From: Candidatus Micrarchaeia archaeon | GTDB lineage: Archaea; Micrarchaeota; Micrarchaeia; CABMEP01 | Direction: 5' to 3' | Length of the DNA stretch: 11,501 bases | Assembly (NCBI GenBank): GCA_038886535.1 | Contig: JAVZXS010000015.1 | Location: forward strand, 1-11,501 | Part shown: positions 7,701 through 11,501 of the stretch, piece after piece | How positions within the stretch are numbered: position 1 is the first letter of the stretch | How the letters are laid out: each line of letters starts with the position of its first letter | Translations under genes and position numbers: made by a program | The notes under the pieces: model-generated | Seen by the model: the letters and a program-made list of their open reading frames with translations, nothing else | The model's database searches: none | What the model was told of the DNA's origin: nothing

Positions 7701-8368
7701 ATCTGCAGGACTATACAGTTGTTTTGGTTTCAAGAGGCGGAATAAGCCCTCCTTATTTGAGTTGGTGGAGAAAAATATCTAAAAAAATACATGTATTAGA
7801 CTTTAGCAGATGGAGATGGTTTGCTTATAATAAAGAACCTCAATGGATATATCCACCTTATCCGCCTAAAGATGAAAATTTAATTATTTTTGACAGAAGT
7901 ATCTCTACTGGGATGACTATGAAATTTCTTAAAAAATATTTGACAAACAAAGGATATAATGTTGTTTGTATAGGAGTTTTAGATAAAAAATTTGGTTTAT
8001 TAGGACAGAAATTTTTAGATTATATATGGGATAATGGACAAATAATAAAAGCAGATGATTTTCAAAATGATGCAAAATTTAACTATACAATAGTTGTAGT
8101 TGAAAAAACAATTCCATTTCTGGGTGGATTAAATTATGAACCTGACTTTCTTTCTTTACAAGAAAACCCGCTTGACAATGTAGTTAATAAAGACAAAAGT
8201 ATAGTAATCCAAAAAGTGCCTACATGGATAGAAGGTATGTTAATTAGTTATATAGTGGAAAAACCCCTTATTCTTGTAGCACCGCCAGAACAGGTAAATA
8301 TACCAGTTGACTTAAATACTGACGAAGAAATCAACTTAATTTATTCTTATTTGCAAAAAGAAAAATAA
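7676..8368 (+). CDS. Type I phosphoribosyltransferase-like protein with atypical PRPP loop
   Basis: VVLVSRGG pyrophosphate loop, LIIFDRSISTGMTM PRPP-binding loop and a later DY motif. RBS GGAGGA at about 7665-7670. Overlaps the upstream gene. Confidence 0.75.
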   Translation: MYNNSNDLNLQDYTVVLVSRGGISPPYLSWWRKISKKIHVLDFSRWRWFAYNKEPQWIYPPYPPKDENLIIFDRSISTGMTMKFLKKYLTNKGYNVVCIGVLDKKFGLLGQKFLDYIWDNGQIIKADDFQNDAKFNYTIVVVEKTIPFLGGLNYEPDFLSLQENPLDNVVNKDKSIVIQKVPTWIEGMLISYIVEKPLILVAPPEQVNIPVDLNTDEEINLIYSYLQKEK

Positions 8369-8380
8369 AATTTCACAAAA

Positions 8381-8827
8381 ATGATGGAAAAAACAACTAT
8401 TTTCTCTGATTTAGATGGAGTTATTGCTCAAAATGTAGAAGACGCAGAGATTGTTTTAAACTCTATAAATAATATTGAAAAATTTTTTTTGAATTTAAAA
8501 TCCATAGATGATATATATTTACTTCAAAAATTTTTAAAAGAAAATGCAAAAAAAATTATTTTCTCTGTAATTACAGCGAGACCAATTATTTTATTTGATA
8601 TTACAAAAAAATGGCTAAACAAAAATTCAATTCCTTTTTGTTCTCTTTATTGCTGTGGTAGTGCTGAAGAAAAGATTAATACAGTATTAAAAATCAATCC
8701 TGATTTTTTTATTGATGATAAAAAAATAATTATTGAACAAATTAAAAAAAGAAGCACAAAAACTACAAGTATTCTTTTTGAAAGTTGGAGGAATACTCTT
8801 AAAATAATTTCTTACCATTTGAGATAA
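8381..8827 (+). CDS. HAD-superfamily phosphatase, 5'(3')-deoxyribonucleotidase (NT5C)-like
   Basis: HAD motif I IFSDLDGV, motif II ITAR, motif III Lys (EEKI) and motif IV FFIDD. TKKWL helix typical of the NT5C-like group. Confidence 0.8.
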   Translation: MMEKTTIFSDLDGVIAQNVEDAEIVLNSINNIEKFFLNLKSIDDIYLLQKFLKENAKKIIFSVITARPIILFDITKKWLNKNSIPFCSLYCCGSAEEKINTVLKINPDFFIDDKKIIIEQIKKRSTKTTSILFESWRNTLKIISYHLR

Positions 8828-8837
8828 AGGAGGAAAT

Positions 8838-10490
8838 ATGTTAATAAGTTTTGATGGAATTGATGGTTCAGGGAAAAGTTGGGCTATTTCTGAGTTAAAG
8901 AAAAAACTTGAATCTTGTGGTTTTTCAGTGTGGGCAACAGTTCCGAGAAATCATGTAGGCTCGTGCAGAGAAATAATTAATTATCCTGACAAGATTTTAT
9001 CTTACATTAATGATGCAAAAGAGTTTTTAAATAATTGTAAAAGTTTAATAAAAGATGGCAAATATGATTTTATTTTGCTAGATAGGTCTCTTTTTACTTT
9101 ATTTGCATGGTTTATTTTTAAAAATAAACTATTTACTCCTGATAGATTTTATTCAATGATAGAAGATGTATGGGCAGATATAACAGTTGTTTTAAAACCA
9201 GATTTAGAAATTTGCAAAAGAAGAACAATGAGAAACATTAAAGAAAAGAATAGTCATATTGCTAAAGACAACAAATATTGGATTAGTTTCTGGGATACAG
9301 TTAATAAATCAATAGAATATCTTTCACCAAGATTAAGAGAGAAGTTGTTAATTTTTGAAGATAGCGAAGATGCTGTTGATTGGTTGTTTAATACTTTGAA
9401 AAGAAAAAAAACGCATTTAGATATTCATTTAACTAATAAGTGTAATTTAAAATGCCCTACATGTTGTTTTGGGGCTAATAATAAAGTAAAAATCGAAGAA
9501 TCAGTTATAAACTATATTCCTGAAATAATTGAAAATGCACAATATGCAGGAATAAAAGAAGTTCATCTATTAGGAGGAGAACCTTTGCTTTTAGGAAATA
9601 AACTGTATGGTATAGTTCAATTTATAAAAAGTTCAGGATTTAAAATTCATATTATTACCTCTGGAAGTATATATAAAGAAAATCTGTTGAAAAAATTAAC
9701 AAAAGTTACTGATGCTTTTTTTGTCTCTGTTGATGGAGATAAAGATACTCATAATAAATTAAGAGGAAGAAACATATTTAATAATACAATGCAATTTCTC
9801 AAAGAATTACAGAACAGTAACATAAAAATTAGAATTGGTACTTTAGTAAGTAAATTAAATATTGACATTGCTCACAAAGTACCTGACATCTTAAATAATT
9901 ATGGAATTAGTAACTTTTCAATATGTTGGATGCATACTAGTCCTACAGGACAACATTTTGCAATAAACAGAAACCAGTCTAATAATTATTTTCTGCATAT
10001 AAATAAATACTTTATTTTGTGGAAAGATTGGTTTTCTTTCGTTAGTAAAGTAAAAAGTTTGTACCCTAATAATCCTGAATATAAGGTAGAAGTTCCTTAT
10101 ACCTTTTATAAAGAAAATTCAGTTTGTGAACTCCTTTATTTTAAAAGAAGGCTTTTAGTTTTATCTGATGGTTCTGTATATTATTGTCCTATGCTATCTA
10201 CAAAACCTTCTACTTACAACATTATTAAAAATATTAAAGATAAAGAATACTTTAAAAAACTTACTTTAAACAAAATTGAATTTAAAAGAAAATCTTGTTT
10301 TTATTGCTTTGGTGGTTGTCTTGGTTATTATGAAATATTTAATTCAAGTGCATGCGACAGCCGATGTGTTCATTCGGATGGTAACTTTATAAAGATAAAT
10401 CAAAATGAAAAATTAGTTTTTCCTTCTTGTCCTTGTAGAACACTCTCTTTGTCTTCTTCTTTTCTTGAAAAAGAATTAACAAAGATTTGA
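8838..10490 (+). CDS. Fusion of thymidylate-kinase-like P-loop nucleotide kinase and radical SAM/SPASM-like domain
   Basis: N-terminal ISFDGIDGSGKS, ILLDRS and ADITVVL...R are dTMP-kinase motifs. From about aa 190: HLTNKCNLKCPTC (C202/206/209), LLGGEPLL, VSVDG..THNKLRG. Cys-rich tail DGSVYYCP...CFYCFGGC...C..RC...CPC. RBS AAGGAGG. Confidence 0.9.
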   Translation: MLISFDGIDGSGKSWAISELKKKLESCGFSVWATVPRNHVGSCREIINYPDKILSYINDAKEFLNNCKSLIKDGKYDFILLDRSLFTLFAWFIFKNKLFTPDRFYSMIEDVWADITVVLKPDLEICKRRTMRNIKEKNSHIAKDNKYWISFWDTVNKSIEYLSPRLREKLLIFEDSEDAVDWLFNTLKRKKTHLDIHLTNKCNLKCPTCCFGANNKVKIEESVINYIPEIIENAQYAGIKEVHLLGGEPLLLGNKLYGIVQFIKSSGFKIHIITSGSIYKENLLKKLTKVTDAFFVSVDGDKDTHNKLRGRNIFNNTMQFLKELQNSNIKIRIGTLVSKLNIDIAHKVPDILNNYGISNFSICWMHTSPTGQHFAINRNQSNNYFLHINKYFILWKDWFSFVSKVKSLYPNNPEYKVEVPYTFYKENSVCELLYFKRRLLVLSDGSVYYCPMLSTKPSTYNIIKNIKDKEYFKKLTLNKIEFKRKSCFYCFGGCLGYYEIFNSSACDSRCVHSDGNFIKINQNEKLVFPSCPCRTLSLSSSFLEKELTKI

Positions 10491-10515
10491 TACATTAAAG
10501 TACCCTATATATAGG
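10486..10515 (+). promoter_or_regulatory. Copy 2 of the 30-bp repeated regulatory element
   Basis: TTTGATACATTAAAGTACCCTATATATAGG with palindrome CCTATATATAGG at 10504-10515. Its TGA (10488-10490) is also the stop codon of the kinase-radical SAM gene. Confidence 0.6.
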
Positions 10516-10543
10516 AGGAATATAAAAAAGAAAAATATTATTT

Positions 10544-11029
10544 ATGCTTGGATTTAGTTTTAAAAACCTAATTAACAACTTAGGAGAAATTATAACAAAA
10601 GAATTTTTTGTATTTGTGTTTGCTTTTACTTTTTGTTTTACAGAAAATATATATGCAATAGAACTCAAACCACCTATTGAGTTGTTTAAACCAATACCTG
10701 AAATTAAAAAAGCACATAAAACAAATAAATCAGTTTATCTACAGGAAGAAACGCAAACAGAAAAAATGCCAAAAGAAAAAATAAAAAAAAAAGATACACC
10801 TGTAGTTGTGCAAACTAAAGAAAATAAAGAAAAAACCACAACCAACATATCTGCTGCTATTGAAGATTTGAAAAAAATAGCAGACACAAAGTGGTTTAAA
10901 TTTAAAACAGAAAAAGACGTAATTATAATTTCAGGCATGACTAAAAAAGAAAATACGAAACAGGAAATGGAAAAGTACTGCAAAGAAAACAAATTAAAGT
11001 GTAAAATCACATTTATTAAAATTATGTAA
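10544..11029 (+). CDS. Hypothetical exported or membrane-anchored Lys-rich protein; start uncertain
   Basis: Hydrophobic FFVFVFAFTFCF followed by IYA (possible signal peptidase site), a low-complexity K/E/T linker and a small globular C-terminus. Same strand as its neighbours and ends 13 nt before dut. Confidence 0.65.
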   Translation: MLGFSFKNLINNLGEIITKEFFVFVFAFTFCFTENIYAIELKPPIELFKPIPEIKKAHKTNKSVYLQEETQTEKMPKEKIKKKDTPVVVQTKENKEKTTTNISAAIEDLKKIADTKWFKFKTEKDVIIISGMTKKENTKQEMEKYCKENKLKCKITFIKIM

Positions 11030-11042
11030 ATAAGGAGGGAAT

Positions 11043-11495
11043 ATGGAAAATGCAACAGTTCTAATAAAAAAATTGCCTCATGCAGAGGATTTACCAATTC
11101 CTCAGTATGCAACAGAATTTTCATCAGGCATGGATTTGACTGCAGCAGTTACAGAACCTGTTAAACTGAAACCCTTTCAGAGAGCGTTGATACCAACAGG
11201 CATATCTATTGAACTACCTGTTGGTTATGAAGCACAAGTAAGACCTCGTAGTGGACTTGCGCTAAAACATGGGATAACTGTGCTAAACACACCAGGCACA
11301 ATTGATGCTGATTACCGAGGTGAAATAGGGGTAATTTTGATTAATCTTGGACAAGAAGACTTTGTTGTTGAAAGAGGTATGCGTATCGCTCAGTTAGTGA
11401 TTTGTCCTGTAGTGAAAGCAGAGATTATTGAAGTTGAGGTACTGCAGGAGACTGCAAGAGGTAGTGGTGGTTTTGGTTCAACAGGAACAAAGTAG
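11043..11495 (+). CDS. dut: Trimeric dUTP diphosphatase
   Basis: All five motifs present: [29 protein letters not shown] and [20 protein letters not shown]. Confidence 0.97.
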   Translation: MENATVLIKKLPHAEDLPIPQYATEFSSGMDLTAAVTEPVKLKPFQRALIPTGISIELPVGYEAQVRPRSGLALKHGITVLNTPGTIDADYRGEIGVILINLGQEDFVVERGMRIAQLVICPVVKAEIIEVEVLQETARGSGGFGSTGTK

Positions 11496-11501
11496 GTGAT
11501 A

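Noticed and set aside
8838..10490. Calling the kinase-radical SAM fusion a prokaryotic viperin
   Set aside because: Viperin-type motifs (N.H.T..CNY.C.FCF, KINF.GGEP) are not matched and it has a Cys-rich auxiliary domain; only the logic is analogous.
10735..11124. Minus-strand 129-aa hydrophobic ORF
   Set aside because: Overlaps dut and the Lys-rich plus-strand gene; its Phe richness mirrors the AAA codons on the other strand.
1..11501. CRISPR array, tRNA/rRNA genes or a RiPP precursor peptide for the SPASM enzymes
   Set aside because: No regularly spaced repeats or RNA-gene signatures were seen. No plausible precursor ORF lies next to the cassette, and its partner genes point to nucleotide substrates.

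Overview
AT-rich window with every credible gene on the + strand. It looks like the DNA/nucleotide-metabolism region of a large mobile replicon (plasmid, ICE or phage) of an anaerobe; this origin is inferred, as no replication, conjugation or virion genes are in view. Gene order: a short IS200/IS605-type non-autonomous element (1-143), RNase HI with a C-terminal SWIM-like Zn finger, a small ribbon-helix-helix protein missed by the ORF track, a membrane J-domain protein, a Zn-ribbon protein, topoisomerase III, class III ribonucleotide reductase NrdD, then a very AT-rich four-gene cassette, an exported hypothetical protein and dUTPase. The cassette encodes a radical SAM/SPASM enzyme, an atypical phosphoribosyltransferase, a HAD nucleotidase and a thymidylate-kinase-like/radical SAM-SPASM fusion. 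It sits where nrdG is often found and is the best candidate for an undescribed system, probably making a modified nucleotide (DNA modification or an antiviral/toxic analogue). A 30-bp element (28/30 identical) containing an NrdR-box-like palindrome precedes the topB-nrdD genes and the hypothetical-dut genes.
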